64,000 nt of DNA from Eledone cirrhosa (Eukaryota), in the NCBI GenBank assembly GCA_964016885.1, contig OZ024740.1, positions 187,736,001 to 187,800,000 of the forward strand, read 5' to 3'. Of this stretch, positions 31,288-46,188 are shown one piece after another. Under the pieces are notes generated by a model that made no database searches, was not told the origin of the DNA, and saw only the letters and a list, made by a program, of their open reading frames with translations. The position numbers and the translations under genes were made by a program. Position 1 is the first letter of the stretch. Each line of letters starts with the position of its first letter.

Positions 31288-32385
31288 TATATATATATAT
31301 ACACACAACACATACACATATACACATATACAAACAAATATATACACATACAAGTAAATAGGTACTCAATAAATATACGCATATACACAGGCACATAAAG
31401 ACACCTCTACAGGCAGAAAAAGTAGATACAAATGAGGTACTCCCATGACCATTGTGGCCGTATTCCAGGTTGAGGAGGGGTGGGGGTAGGGTGGGGAGGA
31501 GGTATAGGGGCCAATAGGGGGAGGTCGTTTTTAGCCATCGGGCTTTAACACTGGCTTAAAGTGTTTGAATGTTGCAAAGTTCTTGTGCATGCAGTTCGGG
31601 CAGTGTTCAGAGAGTTTGTTCAGTAGCGGGCCCTTGGCGAATAAAATTTCGTAGCTCTCTGAAATACAAAGGTCGCAGCCCTTGTGTCCTCCGTTGTAAG
31701 AGCGCGCTTTCTGGAGTATTTTCCAATTAAGCGTGAAGGGGGTGGAGTTCCTTTTGAGGTCCCAAACGTAGGAGGCGAGTGTTGTTTGGTTTGATTTATC
31801 CGGTCTTCTGAAGGAGTGGGTATGGGCATACCAGCGGGTCTTAAAGGTGTTGGAGGTCATGCCGATGTAAGTTTTTTTGCAATCCTCGGTGCCCGAGATG
31901 ACATCGCATTTGTATACGATGTCGTTTGTGAGGCATTTGTTTTCTAGTGGGCATGTTTCCTTATTTAGGCAATTACATAGAACCCCAGTCCGGGGATTGG
32001 TTTCGGAGGTGGTAGGCTTATTTAGTTTAGAGTTGTGGTTGGCTATATTCCTAGCTAGGTTAGGTGTGGTGGAGTAAGACAGTCTTATAGTGTTCTTATT
32101 AAAGATGGTGTAGTACCTATGTTGTATGGGGAAGTGTAATTTCAGTAAAGTGAACAAAAATGCTAGCTATCGGAGTGGATACCTCTCTATTGAAGGGAGG
32201 GTTGTACCAGCTAATCTGCCTATGTCTATTCCTCCTCTGCAATTTTGCGGTGGTTTCTAGGTAAGTTATCTTATCTTTAAATCCGCTACGGGCTAGGGCG
32301 TCATTGTAGTAGGAGGCAGATACATTAAAAATATCTTTGTTGGCGGAGAGGCCAGATATTCTAATAGAGACGCTTTTTACTAGGT
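28722..32385 (-). mobile_element. Penelope-like element family E, 5'-truncated, with microsatellite-expanded 3' UTR
   Basis: ORF 31531-32157 has CNCLNKETCPLENKC, IVY...TYIGMT..FKTRW..H and CDLC. Thumb-coding sequence continues to about 32380. (CA/TA)n expansion at 29390-31400. Hammerhead near the 3' end. Confidence 0.85.
28806..28856 (-). ncRNA. Canonical type I hammerhead ribozyme (GUA site)
   Basis: Minus strand reads AGATTC-CTGATGA-tTTC taat GAAt-GAAAC AG ttctagtc CT GTA-GAATCT. 6-bp stem I, intact core. Confidence 0.85.
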
Positions 32386-32424
32386 ATATATATATATATG
32401 TGTGTATATATATATATATGTATA

Positions 32425-32567
32425 TAGGAACCCCAGAATTAGCCGTCGAAACGGCTTGAGCTCAGCTGTCGGGGTCTTACTGGTTCCTATTACCCACTCT
32501 ACTACCTCAGGTATTGAGTACTTTGGTGCGTTATGGTCCACCTGGTTCCTTACCACATTTCCTTCGT

Positions 32568-32568
<1 letters not shown>
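32425..32568 (+). mobile_element. Family B mini-insertion (half hammerhead, tail, ~9-bp inverted end)
   Basis: 32433-32568 is the reverse complement of 24036-24171. It starts with ataggaacc, the inverse of the internal ggttcctat. Confidence 0.8.
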
Positions 32569-32610
<42 letters not shown>

Positions 32611-32688
32611 GTGTATATATATTTATATATGTATATATATATATATGTGTATATATATTTATATATATATATATATATAAATGTGTAT

Positions 32689-32722
<34 letters not shown>

Positions 32723-32762
32723 ATGATATGTGTATATATATTTATATATAATATATACATAA

Positions 32763-32817
<55 letters not shown>

Positions 32818-32846
32818 TAAATATGTATATATATATATGTATATAT

Positions 32847-33138
32847 TAATAATAAAACTCCTAATAAACAAGCTAAAACACCTAAATCAATAAATCTAAC
32901 TAAAAATGTGTGTGGTGAGGTCATTAACAATAATTCTCTTAATAAGCATCAGGATGCATCCTATAAAAACAATAAACAACATCGAAACCGTAATAGACGA
33001 GTTACTTGTTACAATGCTCCATTTAATTTACAAATTAAGGATAATATACCTAAAAAATTCTTTAATATCCTAGAGAAAAAACTTCCCGCCAAACCACAAA
33101 TACTATCAAATCTTAAATAGATCAACGGTTAAATTCTT
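32847..33138 (+). mobile_element. Fragment of PLE family C (linker region)
   Basis: Near-identical to 41812-42100 (NKQHRNRNRRVT.YNAPF). Confidence 0.85.
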
Positions 33139-33792
33139 AAGTTGAGTATGAAAATGTCTACACATGAACGCGTATGTATGTACATGAATACATGTGTGTA
33201 TATATATATGTATGCATGTGTATATGTATGTAAGTATGAATATGTGAATGTGAGTATATGTATTTTGTAGAGGTGTGCAAATATATTTGTGTGTGAATGC
33301 GTGGGTGAAAGGATACGTACACTTGAAAGAAAAATTTAAGTCTGAATGTTAATTAAGTGCAAACACAAAACCAACCACGCATATCTTTACTATCTCTAAT
33401 CCTTCTATAAATTTAGAAAAATAACCAATAATATATTCTATAAAAATGTCAAAACAACAGATGGGAATCTAATTACTCACTGCCACCAAAAATTCTCACT
33501 GCTATCAACAAACCACTCCCTCAACTATTCTTCTAACAACTTCACCCCTCCCTCCTAATATTCTCTATAAAAACCAAGTAGGTCCTCAATAATATTATTC
33601 TGATGAAATGACAGTAAATAATAACATTGAAATATTGAATGTCTGCATAACTAAAACTTTGTAGATAGCAGCTGTTTTCAGGTTATGTAACTGTTATAGA
33701 AACACGTGTCAATAAATTCCTTTCAACTAAACTGTATCCATTCAAATCTTTCTATATATATATATATATATATATACATACATATGCATATA

Positions 33793-33884
<92 letters not shown>

Positions 33885-33904
33885 CATACATATGCATATA
33901 TATA

Positions 33905-33956
<52 letters not shown>

Positions 33957-33976
33957 CATATGCATATATATATGTG

Positions 33977-34024
<48 letters not shown>

Positions 34025-34039
34025 CATACATACATATGC

Positions 34040-34089
<50 letters not shown>

Positions 34090-34102
34090 GCATATATATA
34101 TA

Positions 34103-34147
<45 letters not shown>

Positions 34148-35532
34148 GCATATGCCATGTAAAACTATATATATACATATATTATTACTGTCATTATTGT
34201 TCTATTATTGTTCTGTTACTTGTCCTTATTCTGTATACGGACACAAGTTTGCACCTCATACTACCTGTGTGTAGTATATCACATGGATACACGCACCTTC
34301 TACTGTACCCCCACCCCCGTTTTTTATTTTACCCATTTTTCATGTACCTATTTATGACGTTACATACAGATTTTAGTGTATCCTAAAATATTGTAAATTT
34401 ATTTATTTATTTTATTTTAATTGTTATGCTATTGTGTTTATATTCGCATGTTTCTATGTGTGGACCTGTGCGTATGTATATGTATGTGTGCGTGTTTGTA
34501 TATATATGTATATATATACGTGGGTGTGTATGAGGGTGTGTATATGGGCATGGATGCGTGTATGCATGAGCCTCCGAGCGCGTGTATGTGTGGGCATGTG
34601 TGAGTGTATATATATGTGTATATATGTATATATATATATATATGTGTGTGTGTGTTAGTGTGTGTGTATGCATGAATGTGTGTGTGTGTGTGTGTGTGTA
34701 TGCATGAATGTGTATGTATGTGTGTATGTATATGTGTGTGTGTATGAGTATGTATATATATATAAATGTTTATAAGGTTGTGCGTATGTATGTGTGCGCG
34801 CGTATGTGTGTATATGTGTGTATGTTTGCGTAGACCATGCTTGTCCGACCGGATATATGGCGCGACTTAAGCAGCCGTTATAAGGTTTGTGGTGATATGT
34901 ATCTAGAAGTTGGTGTGAGTCCGTGGAAGTGATGGAGAGCGTGTGTGTGTGTATATATACATATATGTATGTATGTGGGGAGGGGTGTCTACGCATGTTG
35001 GCGTACGTGTGTGTATGCACGAATGTGTCTGTGTCTGCATGTGTGTGTATATGTGTATGTATATTCGTATGTGTGGGTGCTTACTCTGGAGTGTGAACAG
35101 ACGTGTGAGATACTGAACCCAGCATGACGCCATTGAAATGTGTAGGACGGAAAATGGCTGATGACCCGTGTAGCAGTAAATACCTACCAGAACTTGTGAT
35201 CACGTGGAGTAAAAACAGCCATTGGCATCACAAGTGTGGAAGAGGGTTTTTTTAGTTTTTATTTTGAAAATATCTCCCCCAGTGATAAAATTTGCTCCGA
35301 ACGAAATATCCTTGTCTGAAAGAACCTACAGTCGTAGAATCAGCCAGATCCATACAGGGACCATGTCTCGAGCTACCTGCCGGCGAAACAATTGTAACAC
35401 GCAATAAATTAAGTCCAGATGCATCACTGATTTTTCGTTTTCTCTTTATACTATCTACACTCTACTCTGCTGAATATCGAGTGCTAATTTTGGCATACCG
35501 CCTATGGAAGCACCATAGCTACCATTATACAC

Positions 35533-35581
<49 letters not shown>

Positions 35582-35649
35582 CCGGGTGAAACTATATATA
35601 TATATATATATATACATATGTATATATATATATATATATATATATTTAT

Positions 35650-35965
35650 GGCGGATGATGTGTTGTTTACTTGAGCAAGACACATTGCTCCAGTTTACTC
35701 AGCTGTAGAAATGATATGATAGAACTGGGGTCCCTAACATTCCACTGCAACCTAGTCGTGGAGGTGCCATGGCAAAAAAGCACCTAGCACTCACTGTAAA
35801 TGCGGTTGGTGTTAGGAAGGGCATCCAGCTGTAGAAATCAAGCCAGAATCAGTTGCCGTATGAGCAAGACAAGGTCAGCCGACCGGACACTGCCCACAGC
35901 AGGAAAATCCGTCTAACCCATGCTAGCGTGGAAGAACGGACGTAAAACGGTGATGATGATGATGC
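35650..35965 (+). mobile_element. SINE body with RTE-shared 3' tail
   Basis: cttgagcaagacac...ttgctccagtttactcagctgtagaaatg followed by ggtgttaggaagggcatccagctgtagaaa...cccatgctagc...gatgatgat. Same family as 63771-64000. Confidence 0.75.
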
Positions 35966-37089
35966 TACATTAATGTATAAAAACATGTTTATATTGCAGT
36001 ATGTGTTTTAAGTAATCTGGTGTGTTCAAAATTAGTGAGAATTATATTATTTGGCATGGCTATATGTGGTTAATCCATTACAATTTCTATTGATATCATG
36101 GGGCAAACATACTGATGTCATCTTATTTTTGTGATTTATTTATGTGTTGTATTATTTCGTAGTTGTCTCAAAAGTCAACAAATATAGACGTTAAGATGAG
36201 GTTATTATTGAGTATGAAATATCCCACTGCAATTCATTGAGTAGTCTGTGTATACTTTGAGATTATGGTGGACATTGATGCTCCTTCATAAATGTGTTAC
36301 TTTAACTCTGTGTCATAGGAGATTTATTTGCATGTAGTCAAGTTCAAATAGGAAACAAAGTGTCCCAAAGACACTCTCACAATATATATGAAGAGTCAAT
36401 AAAGTAACAATTAAATCATCAAATACAAGTATAAAATGCATGCTACAACATCTACTATTCATCATATTTGAAGTTTAAGATTTATATTTTTATTTTCATA
36501 TAGATTGTATGAATGATAAAGCATTTCATTTCTTCGAATATAATATATTTTATATCAAAATTATATTTAACTCAATAAATTTATATTTTTGATCATTTCT
36601 GATATGGCACAATCAATAGGCTGTGAACCCTTGATACAACCGAGAAGTTACAATGATAAAATATACCCAAAACATTCTGTTAAATGCTGGATCATATCTA
36701 CGAAAGATGTGGGCCGCTGACCCATATCAGAAATAGTAGCTCCAAGTTCTGATGTGGTCTCTGTCAGCAGGAGAAAGCAGATATTAAATGGTGATGATGA
36801 ATGGATTTGTTGGGTTGTAAAATATAAAACAAAGTTCTACTTTAAAATTAATACTACAATTATAATTACTGTGAATAAGATTACAATATACTGAGTGCAA
36901 AGGGTTTTATTTGTGCAATAAGTGAAGTTATATTAATGACACTAGATAGTAATTTTATCAACTATTAATGCAGAGCGATATAGGTATTGATGTAAAATGT
37001 CATGCTCCACCGTGTTTAATAGATTTACAATAAAGTTGCTTATTTTCTAACGATGTATTAACAGAAATGTATAATAATAATAGTTTATA

Positions 37090-37260
37090 TTTTTGACACA
37101 AGGCCAGAAATTACTCAGTGCATTGCTGGTACTTTATTTTATCGACCCCGTAAGGGATGAAAGGCAAAGTTAACCTCGGCGGGATTTGAACTCAGAATGG
37201 CAAGGGCCATAACTCTATGCGTCAAAGCATGGCAACCGACCCTCTACCGATACTGCTAAT
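37090..37260 (-). mobile_element. tRNA-derived SINE
   Basis: Minus strand has A-box-like tagcagtatcgg, B-box gagttcaaatcc, and body gaggttaactttgcctttcatcc...ggggtcgataaaataaagtaccag. Tail also at 37400-37465 and 60985-61040. Confidence 0.7.
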
Positions 37261-37469
37261 AATAATAATAATATGAATGCATTGGTGAATTAGGATACAG
37301 TGACGATTGAACATCCATTTTTTTCCATATTAGACTATTTGCTATAGTCAATTTACAGTGAAAGCTTCTAAATTTATTTTCGATAATAATAATGATAATA
37401 ATGTTTCTACTTTTGGCACAAAGCCAGTAATTACCCCAGTGCATTACTGGTGCTTTATTTTATCTCCGA

Positions 37470-38883
<1,414 letters not shown>

Positions 38884-38959
38884 ACTACCTTTGAGTAGTC
38901 TAAGATGAGGCTAATAAGCTTGGTCATCTTTACGACTGAAGCATATGTATATATATATG

Positions 38960-38990
<31 letters not shown>

Positions 38991-39039
38991 ATGTATATAA
39001 ATATATGTGTGTGTATATATATATATGTATATAGATATG

Positions 39040-39639
<600 letters not shown>

Positions 39640-40541
39640 TATATACATATATAAATTAATAAAGTAATGAATAAACAAAGAAACAGTTCCTTATATTAAA
39701 AAAATTCATCATTTTACGATCGTATCTAGGATATATATGTGTTAGTGTTGGTATGCATATTCTATAGATCTATGTAAAATACCTGAACAAAGCCTTGATA
39801 TTTGCTAAAAATAGATCTAACTTAACTTTGGATGACATTAATATTATTACACATGCCAGGCTAACACTATTGGAATTTCAAAATGAATACTGGACCAGAA
39901 ACACATATAGTAATCTATTCGATATTACTATGGGCTCAAGCGATTCTGCCCAAATTACTGATCTTGTGGGCCTCTTTCTTCTTTTCAATATAAATGCTTC
40001 CTTTCCCCACCTTAAAGGTGGTTTATATCGTGACGACTGTCTTCTTCTTTCCAATAATCTTAGCCTTTCAGAGATAGAAAAAAATAAAAAGCTTATTAGA
40101 ACTTTCCTTAAAAACTATTATAGTCTAGATATTACATTTGAAAACACAAGTAAAGTAGTTAATTTTCCTTGATATAACATTAGACTTATCTACGGGTATC
40201 TACGAACCTTACCATAAACCTAACCAAAATTTACACTACATACACTCACAATCTAATCACCCTAAATCTATCCTTAAAAACCTAGCATATAATATATCAC
40301 TTAGAATTTCTAACCTTTCGTCTAACCAGGATGTATTTGATAAAAATGCGACATTTTATAACGAAGCTCTAGATAGAAGTGGCCACAAAAATAAATTAGT
40401 ATATATACCTTGTACCAATAACACTATAAACACACAACCTAATATTACCAACAAACACCAAATGAAACATACACACCTAAATGCCACTCACACTATACCC
40501 CAAAATACCAACATAAAAGCAAATTTCTCTAACTCTTCTAA

Positions 40542-41757
40542 TCTATATATATAAAACTGAGGTTGTCTGTCTGTCTATCGATTTTTGGCACACATCTCCT
40601 CTTAGAATCTCTCACGGAATTGCACCGAAATTGCTATACTTGTACATTGAGCCCTAGCGAAGACGTCGGAAAAAAATATTTCAAATTGACCCGCCCTATC
40701 TGACGAAATCGAATATAATGTATCGATTTTTGAGCGTAAGTGATCAGTTATTTCCCTTTGTTCTGTTTACATTCAGCGTAGCGTCTTACGTTCTCTTTAC
40801 ATTTTCTGCGTGCAAAAATTAAAAAAACTGATTTCCCTTTGTTCTGTTTACATTCAGCGTAGCGTCTTACGTTCTGTTTACATTTTCTGCGTGCAAAAAT
40901 TAAAAAAATTACGCTGGCAAAAATTAAAAAAATTACGCTGGCTTTCTCAGCGTTTAAAATGACATTAACACAATACACGAACAGTTGTCGAGCCAGCAAA
41001 ATTTTGACCTGCAAAATTCATCAGTTCGAACACTAAGCTTCCGTTTTGCTTCATTTCCATTTAAAAGCCTTTTAAAACAATATTTTTACTTGAAAACAAG
41101 TCTATTTAAAGACTACGTAAAACAAGCAAATATTTCGTAAAAAAAAAGCAAAAATTATATAAGTTTATTTAAAATATATGTATCTGTAAATTTCGTTAGG
41201 CGTACAGACAGACAGTCGTGCAGACAGACAGTCGTGCAGAGAGGTGATATAGGCGTGCAGACAGACAGTCGTGCAGAGAGGTGATATAGGCGTGCAGACA
41301 GACAGTCGTGCAGAGAGGTGATATAGGCGTGCAGACAGACAGTCGTGCAGAGAGTTGATATAGGCGTGCAGACAGACAGTCGTGCAGAGAGGTGATATAG
41401 GCGTGCAGACAGACAGTCGTGCAGAGAGGTGATATAGGCGTGCAGACAGACATAACTGATAATTTGGTTACGCTAATGTTTTTCTCTGCCTTGCAGTGTT
41501 TACATTTTCGATCTTTGTTAATAAATAACCAGTGCAGTTTTTATCCCCAGCATCCTCTTTTGTTATAACATTCGGGTTATCGTTATGTTTTCTTAACTTC
41601 ATAAGGCATATTGTTGGTTGAGGGAATATTAATCAAAAACACCACATGCAAGTCTGCACAGTAGACATTACAGTTTTTAAGCCAAAAAAGAAACTTAACA
41701 TTGTAACTTTAACACAGCTATTGAGCGACCCCGAGCAACGCCGGGCTTTACTGCTAG
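40542..41757 (+). mobile_element. Non-autonomous Helitron-like element
   Basis: 5' A|TCTATATATATAAAACTGAGG. 3' hairpin cccgagcaacgccggg then ctgCTAG|T. No TSD. Removing it restores the PLE reading frame. Confidence 0.88.
41198..41452. repeat. 37-bp minisatellite (~6.5 copies) inside the Helitron-like element
   Basis: Unit aggcgtgcagacagacagtcgtgcagagaggtgatat starts at 41251, 41288 and onward. Confidence 0.95.
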
Positions 41758-42934
41758 TATACAATATAGTAACTCTCAAAAAACCACTCATCCTACAACT
41801 CTAATAAATGGTAATAATAAAACTCCTAATAAACAAGCTAAAACACCTAAATCAATAAATCTAACTAAAAATGTGTGTGGTGAAGTCATTAACAATAATT
41901 CTCTTAATAAACATCAGGATACATCCTATAAAAACAATAAACAGCATCGAAACCGTAATAGACGAGTTACTTGGTATAATGCTCCATTTAATTTACAAAT
42001 TAAGGATAATATACCTAAAAAATTATTTAATATCCTAGAGAAGAACTTCCCGCCAAACCACAAATACCATCAAATTTTAAATAGATCAACGGTTAAATTC
42101 TCCTACTCAACAACCAAAAACATAAAACAAAATATAAGTGCCTACAATGCATATAAGTGTAAAAAAACCATGAGTATACCACCAGTACATCAAACTAACC
42201 ATAATATCTCCTCGGATACAGGATTCACGAAAAGTTGTAACTGTAGAAACAAGGTAAACTGCCCATTAAAAGGAAATTGCCTTGTTAATAACATAGTATA
42301 TAAATGTAAAGTTAACACTAAGGACTCAATTTATTCCTATATAGGAGCTACCTCTAACAAATTTAAGGTAAGATTTAATACCCACAAACATAGTTTTAAA
42401 AATGCCGCACTAGCTAATACAACATCTCTAGCTGAAATAATTAATAATTATAGAAAGATGAATATAGATTATGACCTGACCTGGAGTGTGCTCAAAAGAG
42501 CCACCCCTTATCAAAATAATAGATATGAATGTAGATTATTTTCTCAAGAACTTTTTGAAATAATGAAATCTAAGGATATCCTATTAAATAAGCGACAGGA
42601 ATTAATAATATCGTGTAATCATAAACTGAGAAAAACCTTTAAATATTATAAACCTAATTAATATACATTTTAGAAATTAATATATAAACTGTTTTTAATT
42701 TAGTTAACATATAATTCATATTCTACTACTGATGAACTACATAATTTTACTTTCCTTCTTACAACTATCATTTCCTAAAACTGATACCATTAAGTAAACA
42801 TATAATGCTTTAATTTCAGGTTATGAATCTATGTTCCTTGAAATCTCTATATATTTATTATTTCTCACTAATAAATATAACTCCCCCCCCCCAATAATTA
42901 TATGTATGTGTATGACTGTATATGTGTATGTGTA

Positions 42935-43001
<67 letters not shown>

Positions 43002-43740
43002 ATGTGTGAGTATGTATATATATATATAAATATATATATATATTATTTTTATATTCTTTTAATTTCCCCTCATCTTTAACAGCACTCTCCAACTACATCT
43101 AACTCTTATTTATCATATCTATATGCATTAGTATAAATTTATCAATATAAATATACCCATCAATTACATTAATTTATATTCTTTTCATGGATGTATTCTT
43201 TTCACTAACACTCTTATTGTAACATTTTAGTCTCCTTAGATATTTGCATTGGCATTACTATTTTATAACACCAACTGTTCGTATACCTTTTACTGACCTG
43301 ACCTATTTTCACCCCTAAAATAACTTTATCATTCTTCACAATCCATTCAAAACTGAAATCTACCTTCTTCTAACCCTAAATTAAACTTCAATTACTACTA
43401 TTTTACCATTTGGCCAATTATTAACTCTCTATTGGTTAATTCTAAACCTGTTACCAAACAGACAGACTATATTAAATCTTTGTTGGTTTTATTCAATGAA
43501 CAAATATAATTATTATCTGAGGTCAGCATACGACCTATTTTCATCCCTAAAATAATCTTTCATTCATAATATTCTTTTCCATCCAAAACTGAAATCTACC
43601 TTCCTCTACCCATAAATTAAGGTTCTTTTACTACTATATTACTATCTTGACCTTCACTATCTTTCTATTGGTCAATTCAAAACCTGTTCCCAAACAGACC
43701 TATTGTATTAAATCTTTGTTTTTTTTCAATAAACAAATAT

Positions 43741-43880
43741 CATTATTTCTGAAGACAGCATATATATGTGTAGGTATGTATATTCCCTCTGATAGTTTGT
43801 ATAAATATTTTACATACATCTATAGAATATGTATACCAACACTAACACATATATATCCTAGAAACGATCTTAAAATGATG
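43741..43880 (+). ncRNA. Hammerhead ribozyme with ~105-nt stem II domain (family C)
   Basis: CATTATTT-CTGAAGA-cagcATATATATGTGT...ACACATATATATccta-GAAAC gatc TTA-AAATGATG. 8-bp stem I. The inverted duplicate near 39715 retains gatcGTA. Confidence 0.7.
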
Positions 43881-44068
43881 AATTTTTTTAATATAAGGAA
43901 CTGTTTCTTTGTTTATTCATTACTTTATTAATTTATCTTGACTCTGTTTTCCATTAATTTTCACCGAAAATAGTTTTTGAATGCATCTTCTCTTTTCATG
44001 ATATCTGGATTACAATGAGTTCTTCATACGGATTGGACACTACCGTAAATTTTTGGTAGATTTATCTA

Positions 44069-44069
44069 C

Positions 44070-44143
<74 letters not shown>

Positions 44144-44348
44144 GTATATATATATGTATATATATATGTATATGTATATATATATGTATATATATATGTA
44201 TATATATATGTATATATATATATGTGTATATATATATGTGTGTATATATATATGTGTATATATATATATGTGTATATATATATGTGTATATATATATGTG
44301 TATATATATATCTGTATATATATATATATATGTGTATATATATATCTG

Positions 44349-44379
<31 letters not shown>

Positions 44380-44495
44380 GTATATATATATGTATATATG
44401 TATTTATATATGTGTATATATATATATATACAAACATATATATATATATGTATGTATATATGTATATATATATGTAAGTATATATGTATATATGC

Positions 44496-44527
<32 letters not shown>

Positions 44528-44654
44528 GTATATATATGTATATATATATGTATATATATATGTATATATGCTTATATATATATATTCACATATATATATT
44601 CACATATATATATATATATGTATATATATATTTAAGTATATATGTATATATGCA

Positions 44655-44694
<40 letters not shown>

Positions 44695-44976
44695 GATGTA
44701 TATATGTATGTATATACATGTATGCATATATGTATATAGATACATATATGTATGCATATATGTATGCATATATATATGTATATATGTATATATATGTATG
44801 TATTTATATATATATGTATATATATATATGTATATATATATGTGTATATATATATGTATGTCTATGTATATATATATATATATATACATATATGTGTTTA
44901 TATATATATGTATGTATATGTATATATATATAAATGTGCATATATATATGTGTGTATATATATACATATGTATATA

Positions 44977-45023
<47 letters not shown>

Positions 45024-45056
45024 ATACATATATATATACAGATACATATATATATG
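44069..45056. repeat. Compound (TA)n/(TATG) array
   Basis: Direct reading. Confidence 0.95.
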
Positions 45057-45310
45057 TATCATCATCATCATCATCATCAACGTTTAACGTCCGTGTTCCA
45101 CGCTTGCATGGGTTTGGACGGGGGTAGTCCCACTTGAGACAAGAGTGATTGTCTTGCTCGCATAGGACTGTCTGGCAGGTTTTCTACAGTTGGATGCCCT
45201 TCCTAACACCAACCACATTTACAGTGTGGGTCTGGGAGGTTTTTACCGTGTTGCCTACACGGCCACATTACAGCGTGGACTGTGTGTTTTTTTGTCGTGA
45301 CACCTACACG
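45057..45310 (-). mobile_element. RTE-type 3' tail / SINE tail
   Basis: (CAT)n, then gcatgggtttggacg and ggatgcccttcctaacacc. Homologous to 8925-9185. Confidence 0.7.
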
Positions 45311-45701
45311 ATCTCATTTGTTTCGGCCTACACGATCTCATTTGTTCCGGCCTGGATGGCGCGGCACCAACATAACTTTACATAGAACGGGGTGGTGTGG
45401 ATGGGGGGGGGGGTGTATTTTGTTAGAGATGCCTACTGGCTGGAGTAGGTTTTACTATATATATATAGGTAAGGCGGGTCTTCTCTGTTACTGAGTACCG
45501 CCAAAGGTCTCGGTCCAGTGACATTGTCTTGGAGAGGTGTAAGTGTGTGATGTCGGAGTTTATCAGCTCGTCTCAGGTTTTACTAGGTCTGCCTATTCCG
45601 TGACTACCGTCTATCTTTATTGCCCTGCACTTTGTTATACAGCTATCGACTTTCATGTGCATCACGTGTCCATACTAACGTATATATATATTTACATATA
45701 C

Positions 45702-45740
<39 letters not shown>

Positions 45741-45789
45741 CATATATATATATATACATATATATATATGTATATATATTTACATATAC

Positions 45790-45821
<32 letters not shown>

Positions 45822-46011
45822 TTACATATAAATATATATATATATGTATATATATATATACATATATATATACATATACATACATATATATATATGTATA
45901 TATATATATACATATATATATATACATATATATGTATATATATATATATACATACATATATATATATATATGTATATATATACATATTTATATATATATA
46001 TATGTATGTAT

Positions 46012-46154
46012 TTATGACGTAAACATTTACGACGAGATCTGCTAAGCAGATACACAACAAACTAAAACATGTCGAAGTCTCTTTCAAACTAATTCAAAAC
46101 CATTTCGACATATTTACTCTAATGGACAAACACAACAACAACAACTACAACCGC

Positions 46155-46188
<34 letters not shown>

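Larger units (their letters stand above)
39651..44068 (+). mobile_element. Penelope-like element family C (RT, Asn-rich linker, GIY-YIG, pLTR), interrupted by a Helitron-like element
   Basis: RT motifs FDITMGSSDSAQITDLVG, GLYRDDCL, FLDITLDL (after a frameshift at ~40165), YHKPN and SNHP. Endonuclease 41873-42661 has CNCRNKVNCPLKGNC and YSYIGAT. 39651-39781 is an inverted copy of 43805-43936. Confidence 0.92.

Noticed and set aside
33594-33640. CTGATGA-AATG...CATT-GAAATATT hammerhead candidate
   Set aside because: Core and stem II are present, but stem I and the NUH register are inconsistent. Left as uncertain.
37090-37260. tRNA genes suggested by A/B boxes (also 11790, 63795)
   Set aside because: No cloverleaf. 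The boxes are followed by repeated SINE bodies and tails.
41198-41452. 37-bp repeats suggestive of a CRISPR array
   Set aside because: Units are contiguous with no unique spacers, there are no cas genes, and the context is eukaryotic. It is a minisatellite.
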